From assembly GCA_028534125.1 (NCBI GenBank), contig CM052823.1, positions 27,776,001 through 27,840,000 of the forward strand: 64,000 nt of DNA, given 5' to 3'. Below the pieces are notes generated by a model that was given only the letters and a program-made list of their open reading frames with translations, was not told the origin of the DNA and did no database searches. Numbering within the stretch: the stretch's first letter is position 1; each line of letters begins with the position of its first letter. Positions 25,511 to 37,630 of this stretch are shown here, one piece after another. Source of the DNA: Lama glama. Lineage: Eukaryota. Made by a program: the position numbers and the translations under genes.

Positions 25511-26768
25511 CAGTAAATGAGCTAAAACAATTTCAAGATTTCTGAGTAGGAGAGTGACACAGGAAAAGGAAGCCAGAAATGGGGAAGCTGGATTTGGTAG
25601 TGGCAGAATGTACACGGTAGACGCTGGAGTTGGGAGGGCCATTTGGGAATTTATTAAAATAATATGATTGTGAGTTTTACAATACAATTTGAAAAAAAGG
25701 GAGGCCAGAGGAAAGATATATTTGGAAAGAAGAACCAAGCAGACTTGATGACAAAAAGTGTGGAGAGACAGGTAACAGATGATACAGGTTTTCAGCCCAG
25801 GTGATGGGGAATGACAATGCATCATTGAATGTAGAAATAGGGTACACAGGGCATTCTACAGTTTTCATAAATAAATAATTTGTTTTCACTCTGAAAAACA
25901 CCACTGAGAAGCAGCGATGTGGTCCTTGGAATTTCTGAGACCATAAACCAATGTTAATCTGTGGAAATCTGCCAGGGCAGTCAGGAGCCTTGCTAGGCCT
26001 AGAGGTCCCGCATAGTCCATCATGAATAATTCTCAGAAAATGGAAAGTGCAGAGGGGCCCGGAACAGCTGTGCTCATCTACCCAGGCCCACGGCATTCTG
26101 CCCTGAAAGAAATTAAACTACAGCTAGCAGAACTCAGAAATGTCAAGTGAGAACTTTCAATAAAACTAGAAACCACCCACTGGCTTGGTGGTGTAATTCC
26201 CCTAGCTACGTAAACCAGAGCCTGTCTGACCTTTGCTAGCATGGGAGGGTGGAGAAAATTTTGCAGATTTACCTACGTGGAGAGTTTTTTTTTAATCTTT
26301 CTGTAAAGCTGACTGGGAACTCCACATCTCCAGCACATGATCCTGGCGCACACTTCTAGCCAGTCCACAAGTAGCCGGCACAAACAAAAGGCTAACCTGC
26401 TGTTGGGTAAAGCCAACATCTGAGCGTCAGCCTCAAAAACAAAGTCCTTTAGCAGTTTGCCAGTCCTCATACTCAGGACCCAGAACAACCTACAGAGGAG
26501 TGGCAAGCCTCAGGTGGAGGTGATGGATGCCTGGGAAGATGACTCACTCAGGCGAAAAAGGAAGCTCACTTACAGAGACAGGGCAAAAGACTCCAAATAC
26601 AAGGGATCAGATGCCGGGAAAGGTGGCCAAGCCTACATCACCAGGCTCCGGCTGGGTTCACTGGCCAGGGCCTATTAGCTGTGTGTCTCTGCTCTCAACA
26701 GGAGGCAGAGAGGCGGTGGGGCTGTATGTCAGTGTCAAGTTTCAGCCCCTCTAGGACAGATCCCTTAC

Positions 26769-26865
26769 CTTTAGACGGGGACAAATCATCAGCTGGAGAC
26801 ACCAGGTCTGCCTGAGAAGCTAGGGCTCCGCTCAGATGGGTTGTAATTTGATTCGTCAAGATAAC
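26769..26865 (-). CDS. RAD51B: RAD51B (RAD51 paralog B) internal coding exon, orthologue of human exon 8; 97 bp, phase 0 to phase 1
   Basis: Translates to VILTNQITTHLSGALASQADLVSPADDLSPSK(G), near-identical to human RAD51B as I recall it (VILTNQITTHLSGALASQADLVSPADDLSLSEG; RecA-fold 'VxxTNQ' strand plus L2 loop). Acceptor ...ctccttgtctgttcacag|GTTATC (AG at 26866-26867); donor AAG|gtaagg (26764-26768). Confidence 0.97.
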
Positions 26866-28279
26866 CTGTGAACAGACAAGGAGAAGGCAGAGGGAAGGGA
26901 GAAGAGAGAAGCCCAAATTAATTATTAGAGCTATAAAAGGCAGACTGTGGTTTAGGGGAAGACTGATAAGTACTCAGGTAGGAAAACCCCAGCTCTGACT
27001 TTCATCAAGTTTATCTTTAGGCCAGAATATCTGGCAAAGCCTCGAAGTCATTCAAATCGCAGAAAACTGAGGAAACAGACTGTTTTCAGAGCTTAAACCA
27101 CTATTCAATTCTTTCTAAATGCTGAGTACATTGGGACTGAGAGGTGTTGCCATATTAGGTGAATAATATAGATGGCTTAATCAGAGACTTAAGATGCATT
27201 CGTATTTTTAAGATTATGTTCAGAACATACAATATTACTAGTGCTGAAGACAGTATAATTTAATATTTGGATGCCTGGGGCAAGTTCCCTTGTTAACACA
27301 AAACTTCAGAGCTTTATTTCCAAATTTGTGAAATTGGAACAAAATTCATCTCTAAAGGAACAGGACTCTTCCTTCTAATAAAATGAATTCTAACAAAAGA
27401 ATTCCAAAGTCTCATTATGAAATTAAAACACAAATTAATAGAATCCCATCTATACAAAATAAAGTTCACAACATTTAAAATTCCTAGAAAGGACTCTAAA
27501 GAGCATTTAATTCACACGGTTTTTAATTTCCCCATTATATTTCTTCATTTGGTTCCATCAAGAAACTATTCCTTAAAAATCCTCATTTATAAGATTTACT
27601 CTATTGTTTAGAAACCTCAAGGAAGAATGAAACATGGAATTTCTCTCGGAAAACTGCAGCATGACTAAGACCACAATCATTTCCCAAGGTCTGGGTGTTC
27701 CCATCATGGGCATCTTAGAGAGTCATCTTGGTCCCTCAGAGGAACCGTAACTTCTGAAGAACTAGGCATTTAGTACCTGGAATGTGCATCTACCTAGACC
27801 GTCTTGGTCTGTCCTAGGGTCAGCTATGGTTTTGTTGCCACCCTGATTTAAGCAGAAGTGGAAATCATCTCCATTCTTTATTGTCCAGCTTTTCAGCCAC
27901 ACCTCTGTCACCGTCTCTTGAATGGACCAATGACACGTTATAAATCCTATACCAATGGCAGCTTAATTGAGGGCAGAGAGGGGCACAGGAATGGCAAGGT
28001 CAGGTAAAGAAATGAAGTCCTTTATTAGCAAAGATGGCCTGTCCAAGGTCTTTGTGAGTCTCCAGCTACTCTGCAGCGATGGCCACATATCACAGTACTC
28101 CACTGAGTATGTGCTAATCTTATCCCTCATTTTCATCTGGACTAGTAAGAACCACATATGATATGTCAGTTAAAATGGCTGGAAATGGCCAAATAATAGC
28201 CTGTTCCTTTAAGAAACAGATATTCATATTCAGGAGCATGAATAAGGAATTATGTTCATTTTCCTCTTTATTATATAGG

Positions 28280-28500
28280 GTATGGGCTTTGGAGTTATTG
28301 CAATAAAACTGAATTCAAATTCTGACTCTTGACACTACGAACACCTTGGGAAAGTTACTTAAACCTTTGAGCGTCATCCATTCCTATCTTACAGAATTGT
28401 TACGAGAATTGAATAAGATCATTGATGTAAGGTATTTAATATACTGTCTGGCACATGGTAAATATCCAATAAATGGAAGCCATTGTTGTTGCCATTATTT
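28280..28500 (+). mobile_element. MIR SINE
   Basis: 'gggctttggagt..ttcaaattctgactct..ccttgggaaagttacttaaacctttgagc..tactgtctggcacatggtaaatatccaataaatg'. Confidence 0.8.
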
Positions 28501-29704
28501 CCTTCAGAAGGATGTTATATAGGTTCATGAATTATAAATACAGAACATACAACATGCTTCAGACAACTGGATCTAGTAACTCAACATGAAGTCACAATTT
28601 TTGACATCAGAATACATACTTCAGTACCTGCCTACCAATCATGTCCTTCCTGAGTTTTACTTAACTGCAAAGAATCTGTGTAAAAATCTCAGTTAAGAAA
28701 AAGACAGTAATTATTTAAAGCAAGGCCAATAAGAACCTTGCAGTGTTCTGAGGATACGATGTGATTTTTCCACCAATAAAGAAAATTACGTTTCCGTCTC
28801 ACGGTTTGAAAAAAATGTGAAGCTTCTGAGAGATCCGGATGTATAAGCTCTATCTTTTAGGGGAATTCTTCTAAAAGGTGGCTTGGTGAAAAGGAGCAGA
28901 ACATTAATGAAACGGTAACAGTAATGAGAAAAACAGTACTGAACACCTACCATGCAAAGCACGTCCCCATATACAGAGGGGAGAATATGGAGGCGAAGGC
29001 TCTGTGTGTCCTCTCTAGAAACTTGCAAGTTAAAGACAAGTATTTACTAAGATATCCAGACCACTTTTTCTCAATTGTATTATTATTTCACTGACCCTAA
29101 AATGGAAGTTTGTACTGAGATGATGGTTTTATTGTACATAACTAATAAAATGATACCCTACAGAGCCCCAAACCAAATCACAGATGTGCTTCCAAAGATA
29201 CCCAACCCTAGTGCCACTTTAGTGGAAGAGGAGATGGAGAAGAAAACACTTGCAGTCTCCAATGGCAAAAAAACAAGCTCCTAAGTGGTTCTGCTAATAA
29301 TCCACTCCCTTTTTGTTATGAGTCCGAAAGCCAAATCACTGAAGGGACACAGCAACCAAACTCAGGGGGTTGCTCTCATCGAACTGCTGTGATTTTCTAA
29401 ATCTGTGTTCAACAAAATGATAGAATGGAAACATTTCCAAATAGCATCGATTACAAATAGTCATGACTTGGGCAGAAGCCTATAGGTGTGTTGTCCTCTG
29501 AGGCATCCTGGGGCCTTGGAAACTGCACTCCTAAGATAACTGATCAAATACTTTTACACATTATAAACAGAGTCTTAACACTATCTGCTTTCCGAAAATG
29601 AGTTCTGACTGTCACTTCAGAGCGGCTTTGCTGCTGCTCTGCTCCACTGGAAAGATTAAGGCTTCTGAAGCTTGGTACTAACTTTGTGTAAGAGCAGGTG
29701 CACA

Positions 29705-29905
29705 CTGATTAGGCTAAGGGCTTTGGAGTCAGACAGACCTGAGTTCACATCCTGGGTTCCAACACTTACTGTGTGATGCTGGGTAAGTTTCACAATCTCT
29801 CTGGGTGTAATTCTTAACTCACAGGATTCTGAGGATTAAACTGGATAATGCATATATAGTCCCGAGCATGGTAAACACTTTACCAATGGTAAACACTTAA
29901 ATGTT
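29705..29905 (+). mobile_element. MIR SINE
   Basis: 'gggctttggagtcagacagacctgagttcacatcctgg..cacttactgtgtgatgctgggtaagtttc..ctgaggattaaa'. Confidence 0.8.
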
Positions 29906-32439
29906 AACCCCCATCCTCGTCTTTATTTATCCTTTGCTGATTTATACCTTGCTTGTTTAGACAGAAAACTCATGCCTGATTCCCTTTTGTACAACATATA
30001 GTACACTGATGACACAGAACAAATATTTGCTGGTGATATGCTCAAAAAGCAATAAAAATTTAATTGAAAGTGCATCTGCTATTTCTGCCATTTCTCTAAA
30101 AGTATGACTTATTAAAACATATGACCCCCCCCTCCACTACCATTAATTACAAATCCAAAGGCCGGAGTGAGATTCTTGGACTAAGGGGAAGTTTGTTTTT
30201 GTTTTGGACAGTTGTAATTACATCTGAAGCCAGGAGCAAATGGAATCCAGCTTAAAGTTTACCCTTCAGGCAAGAGAACACCATCCACCTACTGGGGGAA
30301 ATAGGCAGCCCTATCAGTTGCAGAAAGTAGTATCTCCACTCAACTTTACATACGGAGAGACCCAGGGCTTACTCCCAGGGCTTCCTTGCAATGCCCTCTT
30401 GGTTGTAGGATGCTTCAGGTACACGTGAGTAAGAAATGACTCCTCATATCATGTCATATAGACCTTCAGTCTCATTTTTAGTGCTCCCCTCAAGGCAAAA
30501 TGGGGAGGGGCACGGAGATTTCTCCTTTCAAAGACCATTCCCCTGGAGTCCAAGTTTCCCTTGCATCATCCAACTTCTCTAAATGCATCCTGCTTGAACT
30601 TTCTGTGTACTGTAGTTCAACACATAGGCTCAATTTGAGGGAACAATGAAGCTCTCTAAAGAAGAAACTTCAGAGTACAGACTCATAAATAACCCAGTAG
30701 ACCCTGCCTTCACGGAACGCAGAACTTACAAGCTAGAGAAAAGAGATGGAGAAACAGGAACGATTAAACCTGATGAACCAGGAAGGCAGATGGCTGGGAA
30801 TGAAGGTCATTTTGGTCGCAAGTCAGAAGGTCCTGGGCATGAAAAACCCATCAACACATGAACAAAGATATGATTCCTTTCCACTAAGTATCAAAAAGGT
30901 AGTTCTGGAAGCAAATATCTAGAGAGAAGAGGGTAGGGGCAGGATAAGCGGGTCAGAAGAACCATCAGCCCCAAGGGTCAGGGGCCCAGTGAGCTGAAGT
31001 CCACTGACCAATCGAGCCTGACTCTCCACTAGTCTGTGTCTGATGTGTTGGCTCACCTTTCTTCAGCTACGCTAGGACTAGGCTAATCTAGGCTCTACCC
31101 ACGTCCCACTCATGCCTCCTGTTCCTGATCCAGAGTAAATTCTCCCTTAAGGGGCCTCTGTGTGTGTCTAGTCTGATCTACCTTACACTGAAGTATTAAC
31201 GAAGCATCTTTGTTAGGACCTCCATGAGCAGCCACTTGGTATACTCCACCCACAGTGAGCACTGGAAAATGGTGGACAGAAGAGAAAGTGGAACAGCCCT
31301 GGACACATCAGAGTGGACAACTGTCAGAACTAAAGGTACAGCCTTTGACAAAGAAGCTCCTTTAGTTTGACTCTTGGAAGGTGACAAACGGAGTTTGCTG
31401 TTAGCCAGGAATAGAGTAGGTTGGAATGGGGTATCTGGCTCTGTCTGGTCAGCAGAAGAGAGATTTATGGTCAGCAAAACCATAACTCAGTATGTATAAG
31501 TCAGATTCTTTTAAGAACCTAAGAATATGGCACATGCCCTCACTCAGCTTTCTGTGGAGGCAGGTGAGAGGCAAATTTTATAATCCCCACCTTCCACAGA
31601 GTGCACAAGAGTCATCTGCCTGAAAGTAACAGCTCAGAGAAGAAAAGGCCTCCCTGCCCCCTCTCCCTCCTAAGAGAGCAAGCACTAGGCCGAGGAGAGG
31701 AGAGAGATGGACTCTCAGCCCAGTGCCACAGACAGGTCCAGGCCTTGAGGTCCTGGTCTCCAGAATCTGATTTAATAAAAGCAATGGACAAAGGGATCTA
31801 ACGCCAGGAAATACATTAAAAGATTAATGAAAATGCTATACTGTTACAAGCCAAATCTTATGACAAGAGTCCTTTCAGATTCTGGCGTTAATTACTAACC
31901 ATAAACCACATAGCTTCAGCCTCTAAAAAGGCAGCCAGAGTTTGAGGCAATCCTCGCTGAATTCTGCCAGGCTTTTTGGTGGCTCTCAGTGGCTTGATGC
32001 CTATGGCTTGTCATTTCTGAAACCCATAGGAGGCTTGAAAAACTAAAGCTCTTTATGGAACTCATGTCCTGGAGCAACTGAGTTAAGGATTCGAGGCTAG
32101 AGGAATCATGAGGCAACCTCAGGTATCTCGGGGGCATTTCCATGCCCACAAGAACACCCGCTTCCTCCTCCCGCCCACTCTCTGCCAGAAACCTGCTACA
32201 GCCTAACCCAGAGAATCAGAGAAGTTTCAAGATCACTCTAACTAGGCCTGAAGGGCTAGGCGCAGTGATTGCCCTGAGACTCACAGCTCCCAAGTTAAGA
32301 GGCTGGATAACCAGGCCAGTGAGACAGGGCATCACCTGAGTGACTAAGACTCTGGGGCTGAATCTGCTCCCAAACTGCCTGCCTACTACCAGATATAGCA
32401 CAGTCAAAATGGCAGGTCTCCAAACTATAACGGAATAGA

Positions 32440-32552
32440 AGCGGGAAAAAAGAATACACGTATGTGTGCCTATACATATACATCTCAAACCACTTCACTA
32501 TACACCGGAAACTAACACAATATTGTGAATCAACAATACTTCAATTAAAAAA
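32440..32552 (+). mobile_element. L1 3' terminus (cetartiodactyl/camelid-type, short 5'-truncated copy)
   Basis: 'gaaaaaagaatac..cacttcactatacaccggaaactaacacaatattgtgaatcaacaatacttcaattaaaaaa'. Confidence 0.8.
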
Positions 32553-32696
32553 GTTCTCTAACCAAACCTTTCTCCAAATATGAAAAAAATGACAGGGTTC
32601 AGCTTTTCACAGGTTTTGAAGACATCACTATTACTATTACTTTTATCTTAAAAATGATCCATCAGCTTAAGGTATGCTTTTTTAATTAAAAAAAAA

Positions 32697-32990
32697 TTTT
32701 AATTGAAGTATAGTCAATTACAATGTGTCAATTTCTGTCATACAGCGTAATGTTTCAGTTTCAGTCATACATAAGCATACAAATATTCGTTTTCATATAT
32801 GTATATATGCTTCAGATTCTTTTTCATTATAGATTATTATAAGATACTGAACAGTTTCCTGTGCTACACATAAGAAATTTGCTTTTTTATCTATTTTAGA
32901 TATAGTAGTATTTGCATATCTCAAACTTCTAATTTATCCCTTCCCACCCCTTTCCCCTGGTAACCATAAGTTTGTTTACTATGTCTGAAA
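32697..32990 (-). mobile_element. L1 3' terminus (camelid-type), opposite orientation
   Basis: 'ttttaattgaagtatagtcaattacaatgtg..cttttcattatagattattataagatactgaacagtttcctgtgctacac..cccctggtaaccataagtttgtttactatgtctg'. Confidence 0.85.
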
Positions 32991-33159
32991 GTATGCGTGT
33001 TTTAAAATGTTACTTTTCATATCTAAAGTGACTCTAATTGCCAGATACGATAGTGATGGGGCCTTTCTATCTAAACATAGGCCTTGAATAAGTCAGAAAT
33101 TTTCAATTTTAATCCTGGCTCTGTTCAAGGTTGCTGAATGCCTTGCTTTTAAGGAGACA

Positions 33160-33850
33160 GAGGCAGGAATTTTCCTGTGAGAAATTGTTAAGGTTCACTG
33201 AGTCCTTTCATCACCAAGGCTTGAGAGAAAGGCCCTGGAGTGGTTTTCACCAACCTTTCCTCTTGCTTCCCAACCATGACGGTGTCTGCCCCAACCCGTC
33301 TGCTGAGTAGGAGCTGGGAGTAAGAGGGAAACGGAGGGTGGGGCGGCGGAGAGAAAAGCAGGGGAGGGCAAGAGGCCAAGGGGAGAAAGCCAAGAAGGCT
33401 GAGAGGGGTCCTCTGGGTGCAGTGTGGGAACAGGGTGAGTCCCCCCACAGCAGGTCTAGAAAGCCACACCCACAGACTCATGCCTCTCCCCTGGGACGAT
33501 TCCCCACCCCGCCCCCTTCCCGTCACTTCCAGCTTTGAAAAGAGATATCCAATATTTGAGGAAAAGGCAGACCAAATATTTTGGAGTTTGAGCGTCACAA
33601 ATCTGGTTTTACTATTTACTGATTTCGTTTTGTCAAGTTCTGGAAAAGTATAAATCATTGTTATGAAAAAAAAAATCATTTTTCTTTAGCTTCAGCCCAG
33701 AGAATATCAACTGTCAGTTCTAGAATAAAGAACTGACAGGGCATTAGTATTCCAGCCTGCTGTTTCCATCTTGAGGTTCTGCGTGGCAGTTGTTTTCTGG
33801 GAAAAATCTGAAAAGCTATAGGGGATTTTCCTTTTGAAATATTTGTGGTA
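33160..33850. promoter_or_regulatory. Candidate intronic enhancer with immune-type motif cluster
   Basis: GGAATTTTCC 33166-33175; KLF GCCACACCC 33463-33471; EBF1 TCCCCTGGGA 33487-33496; GC box CCCCGCCCC 33507-33515; ETS CACTTCC 33524-33530; STAT TTCTGGGAA 33795-33803; kB GGGATTTTCC 33822-33831; RUNX TGTGGT 33844-33849. Motif evidence only. Confidence 0.5.
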
Positions 33851-36559
33851 AAAGGACCAAACTTCAGTTTGGCTTGAAGAAAACACTATTGTGGGAGTCA
33901 GGCAGCCTGTCTTTTATTTCTGGCTCTGTCACTAACCTGCTGTGCAATTTTGGGAAGTGTTCCCAACCTCTCCGTACCTAAAAGTGTTGAGTCCACAAAA
34001 GACATGAAGAAAATGAATGTATTACGACTAAAGAAAGCAGACGGCCATGAAAAATGTTACACATTTCAATCCACATGAGCATTAGTGCTGTACTTAAAAT
34101 TCCAGCATTATCACTGACTCTCATCACGTCTAATCTTAGGAAATCCATCCTACATAGAACCAACTGGATTGCCTGAGAAAGAGAGGAGGGGAAAAAAAAA
34201 AGAATAAGGGAGACAACTTAAAAAAATTTTGTGTTTTTGCTGAGAATACTTTCAATTTTGATAAAATCCACACCTCTTATAATGGACCTGGAAGAAAAAT
34301 TCCTATTGTAGATTTCACTGTGAAATTCACAGGCAAAGCTAGTAAGAGAGTCCTTAAAGAACATACATGCTCAGCATGAGGCAGTATAGATGGAGGATGG
34401 GAAAAGACTCTCCTTGGCTTTGCACAAGTACACACTCACTCGGTCACAAAGGGATTGATGATAACACGGCTTCCACCCCATTGAAGCCACTGCCTCGACC
34501 ACTGAGTTCAGAGAAAATGCACTGAGGTATGTATAACTATGTCTGCCATTTGGCCAAAATAAACACACAAGCAAACAGTGCGGCACCATAGGGCGGCTTC
34601 CTCCGTGGCCTACTTCTCCTGGGGTGCACATGCAAGAGTGTGCAGTGGAAACCCTGGGCCGCAGCCACTGTGCCGCAGACGTAGGCGTGAAGTGTTCTGG
34701 TTGCACTGCCGGCTCTGTTCCACTGGCCCCGATGGGGCTGAGGTTAACACGTGTTGGTTCCGGGTCTCAGGTGGGGTGACAGTTGTAATGAGGCCACAAA
34801 GAGCAGACTGGTGTGCTGTTTCCACCTGCAGCCCAGCCTCGGCGGCATCCTGTCAGAGATCTGGGGCCCACTACAGGAAACAACACGCACCATCGGTGAA
34901 CTGCAACAGTGCATTCTCAGTGGCTTCAAATGGTGCAGACGCCAAGTGTCTGCAATTCTGCAGTCAGCACGGGAGCAAAAACAGCCTCTGGTCAGCCAGG
35001 GCTTGGCAAAGAACAAGGCCAACTGTCAGATGACTCTGAGGTTCATGGACGTGGAGGAAACCTTCTTGCTAGCCTCCATGGCAATGCTCATCTCCTGTGC
35101 CTGAGTGGCTTCTGCGTGAAGTTTGTTTGGCTGTCTTCACCCACACCCTTGACTGCCCACTGAGCCCCACAGAAAGGCAGGGGAGGTGAATTTCCAGCAG
35201 CCCCCTGGGTTCCTGCTGGCCTTTTGAGGTGTTTTTGTTACTTGATGGTGCTTTCTATTCACGTGTAGGCCTGGGCTCTGGGGATTCCCCTCCCTTTGAT
35301 TTGCAAAGAGGATTAGAAAGACACAGCTTTGTGATCAGTCCATCACAGACAGCTGTTATCAACTGACTTCCCCTCCTCAGACTCATCTGAGACCAAGAAA
35401 ACAGTTCTGTTGAGTCACTTGCTCCCTGGAGGTCTGAAAATACGGTTCTTGGGGGAGTCCAACCTGATAAACTCCAAGCTGGCTACTCTCCAGCCCCTGC
35501 CACACTTAACAGTGGCTTGAGGAGCGGGGAGCTGAAGCCTAGAGGGGCCTCCAAGAAACTTCCAAAGGAGGATAAGCCAACACTGGTCTGACTCTTTGTT
35601 TCTCTCTTCCACTGAGGCAAATGGCAGCCTAACCAAGGGCTCTTCAACTGGATGTGTGCAACCAATTCTATCTGAGGAGTGAATCTGTGGCATAAAATGG
35701 GAGCAAAGGTCGCTCACTATCTGTTCAAAAGGAGGTCAAAAGGTCTGCCTGGGAACAAATTTCCAAGGCAGCAGACTCATCAGATATGCTCTTGAACAGA
35801 AACTATTTATTTGATGTCCTCAAGGAAGGGATATTGTGTAAGGTGTTATTTAAAAACAAGGAGGGGGAGGAGAGGTTGGGAGCCGAAGCAATGCTGTCTG
35901 TATCTACATTTAAATACGTGATGTCAATAAAGGCAAACAATAATCAACTGCAATTAAACCGAGTCAACATAGGAGAGACACAGGACGACTAGGCCCAGAA
36001 CAAATACATTAAAATGGCTAAATATTTACGTCGTGAGTAGGAGCAGGCTTCCTTCCATGCCAAGGCCCTTGGAGTGGAGATCTTCCATCCTGGCCACTCA
36101 CAAGCTAACTACCAATCACAGGCTATAGGCTCGTTAAACGATGTCCTGGCCAAGGGCAGATCACACTCAAAAGCACAAGACCTAACGCCAGATGACAAAC
36201 AGGTTTCCAGTCTCCAGTCCCTACTCTGGTGGCTTGGGAATGGCCACGTGGAACACTGACCCAAAAGGACGTGTGAGCTGGCGTCAGACTGCCGAGCCGC
36301 TAGAGAGGACGATGAGGCGCCTGTGCTGCTGGACTCGCCCACGTCACTGCACGTGAGGGCTACCCTGCCATTGCTCCTTCCTCATTTTCAGTTGTTCACC
36401 TATCATCTTGTTCACCTCTCATCGGATGTCATGAACAAGAACAGTCACGCCATTTTTCACAAATATGATACTTGATTTTTAGAGTATGTTCCCAGATGGT
36501 CTTAGCTCATCCTCACTATCTTGTTAGGAAAGTTGAAAAACAACCGAGGCAGCTGTCGT

Positions 36560-36775
36560 GCGGTAGAGCAGTGGGCTCTGCAGTCAGACCTTCCGGTTTC
36601 CCTCTCGGTTCACCACCTACTGGCCGTGTAGTTTCAGGGAAGAGCCTTCATCTCTCTGGCCTCACTTTCCTCAACTGTGTACCTGGGATAACAATCACAT
36701 CTACTGTGAGGATAAATGAGTTGGCATATAAAGCACTTAAGACAGTGCCTAATATCATAGTTAAGGTACGTATGC
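36560..36775 (+). mobile_element. MIR SINE
   Basis: 'gggctctgcagtcagacc..ctctctggcctcactttcctcaactgt..gtgaggataaatgag..aaagcacttaagacagtgcct'. Confidence 0.8.
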
Positions 36776-36940
36776 CTTTTTAAATAATTTACCTCTTCAT
36801 CTGGTTTCTGTGATAAAAACTGCTGGTTCTTATTGCAGCTGTTAAAAGGTTTCCTATTAGAACTGAATGGGGTGATGTCCTTATAAATAAAAACCTTCTA
36901 ACTAAAAGTTTGTTAATCTTGTGAATAAAATTTAGTTCTT

Positions 36941-36960
36941 AAAAAAAAAAAAAAAAAAAA
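36941..36960 (+). repeat. poly(A)20
   Basis: Homopolymer run. Confidence 0.95.
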
Positions 36961-37429
36961 GGCAGTGCCTAGTTCCAAGCAGGTGCCTATAACAAACACT
37001 AGGGTTTTACTGATTCTGTTCACTTCAGTTTTCCAGGGAAGAAACTGTGGCTGGCGACCTCCGTATTCTCTCTCCCTCATTCTCGTGCTTCACTCACTCT
37101 GGCTAGCATCCGCACCCCAAGTGCCCAGGTCCGCCTTCGCTCTTCTTTCCACCTTTCCAGGACCAGGTCAGATCCTACCTCTTCCATGAAATCTTTCCCA
37201 GCTATGCTAGCTGCAACTCATCGCTCAGTTCTTAACATTCCCACTTTAGAAATCAGTACTGAGTAATTCAGTACAAGAATTCTTCTCTAATTATGTCATG
37301 TATGTTCTTCTTCTCTCCCTCCCTACAGTGTAAATATTACGAGATTTTACGTGTTTCTGCATCCCTGTTCTCATTCTAAAGGCAGGAAGGGAGGAGGGGG
37401 GACTTCCTACGGCTCAGACAGACCCGGTA

Positions 37430-37630
37430 CCAAGTACTTTACATACATAAGCTCATTTCATCCTCACAGCTCAGTGAAGTAATCGTCATTATCCCAGTTT
37501 TGAAGATGGGGAAACTGACTGAGGTTCAGAGAAGCTAAGCAGTTTTCTGAGCCCAAATAACCAGCTCATGGAAGAGTCAGATTCAAACCAGGTCTGTCTG
37601 GCCCTCGAGCCTACGCTGCTTCTACCACAT
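37430..37630 (-). mobile_element. MIR SINE
   Basis: 'ctcatttcatcctcacagc..attatcccagttttgaagatggggaaactg..gaggttcagagaagctaag..gattcaaaccaggtctgtctg'. Confidence 0.85.

Larger units (their letters stand above)
1..26768 (-). other. RAD51B: RAD51B intron 8, 5' portion (continues beyond the window)
   Basis: Downstream of the exon-8 donor. The exon-9 peptide (..ALGNTWSH..) is not seen in the window. Confidence 0.88.

Noticed and set aside
26695-26916. 73-aa ORF taken as a standalone gene with a signal-peptide-like start
   Set aside because: Only 26769-26865 is coding (RAD51B exon 8); the hydrophobic start is the translated polypyrimidine tract.
33188-33679. 163-aa ORF on the - strand
   Set aside because: No recognisable homology; low-complexity P/L/S composition from a GC-rich regulatory-like region.
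34371-35163. Several overlapping ORFs of 71-151 aa on both strands
   Set aside because: Expected from stop-codon depletion in GC-rich DNA; no homology or exon structure that I could support.
35190-35212. Possible CTCF site (CCAGGGGGC core)
   Set aside because: The 5' half of the consensus mismatches at several positions.
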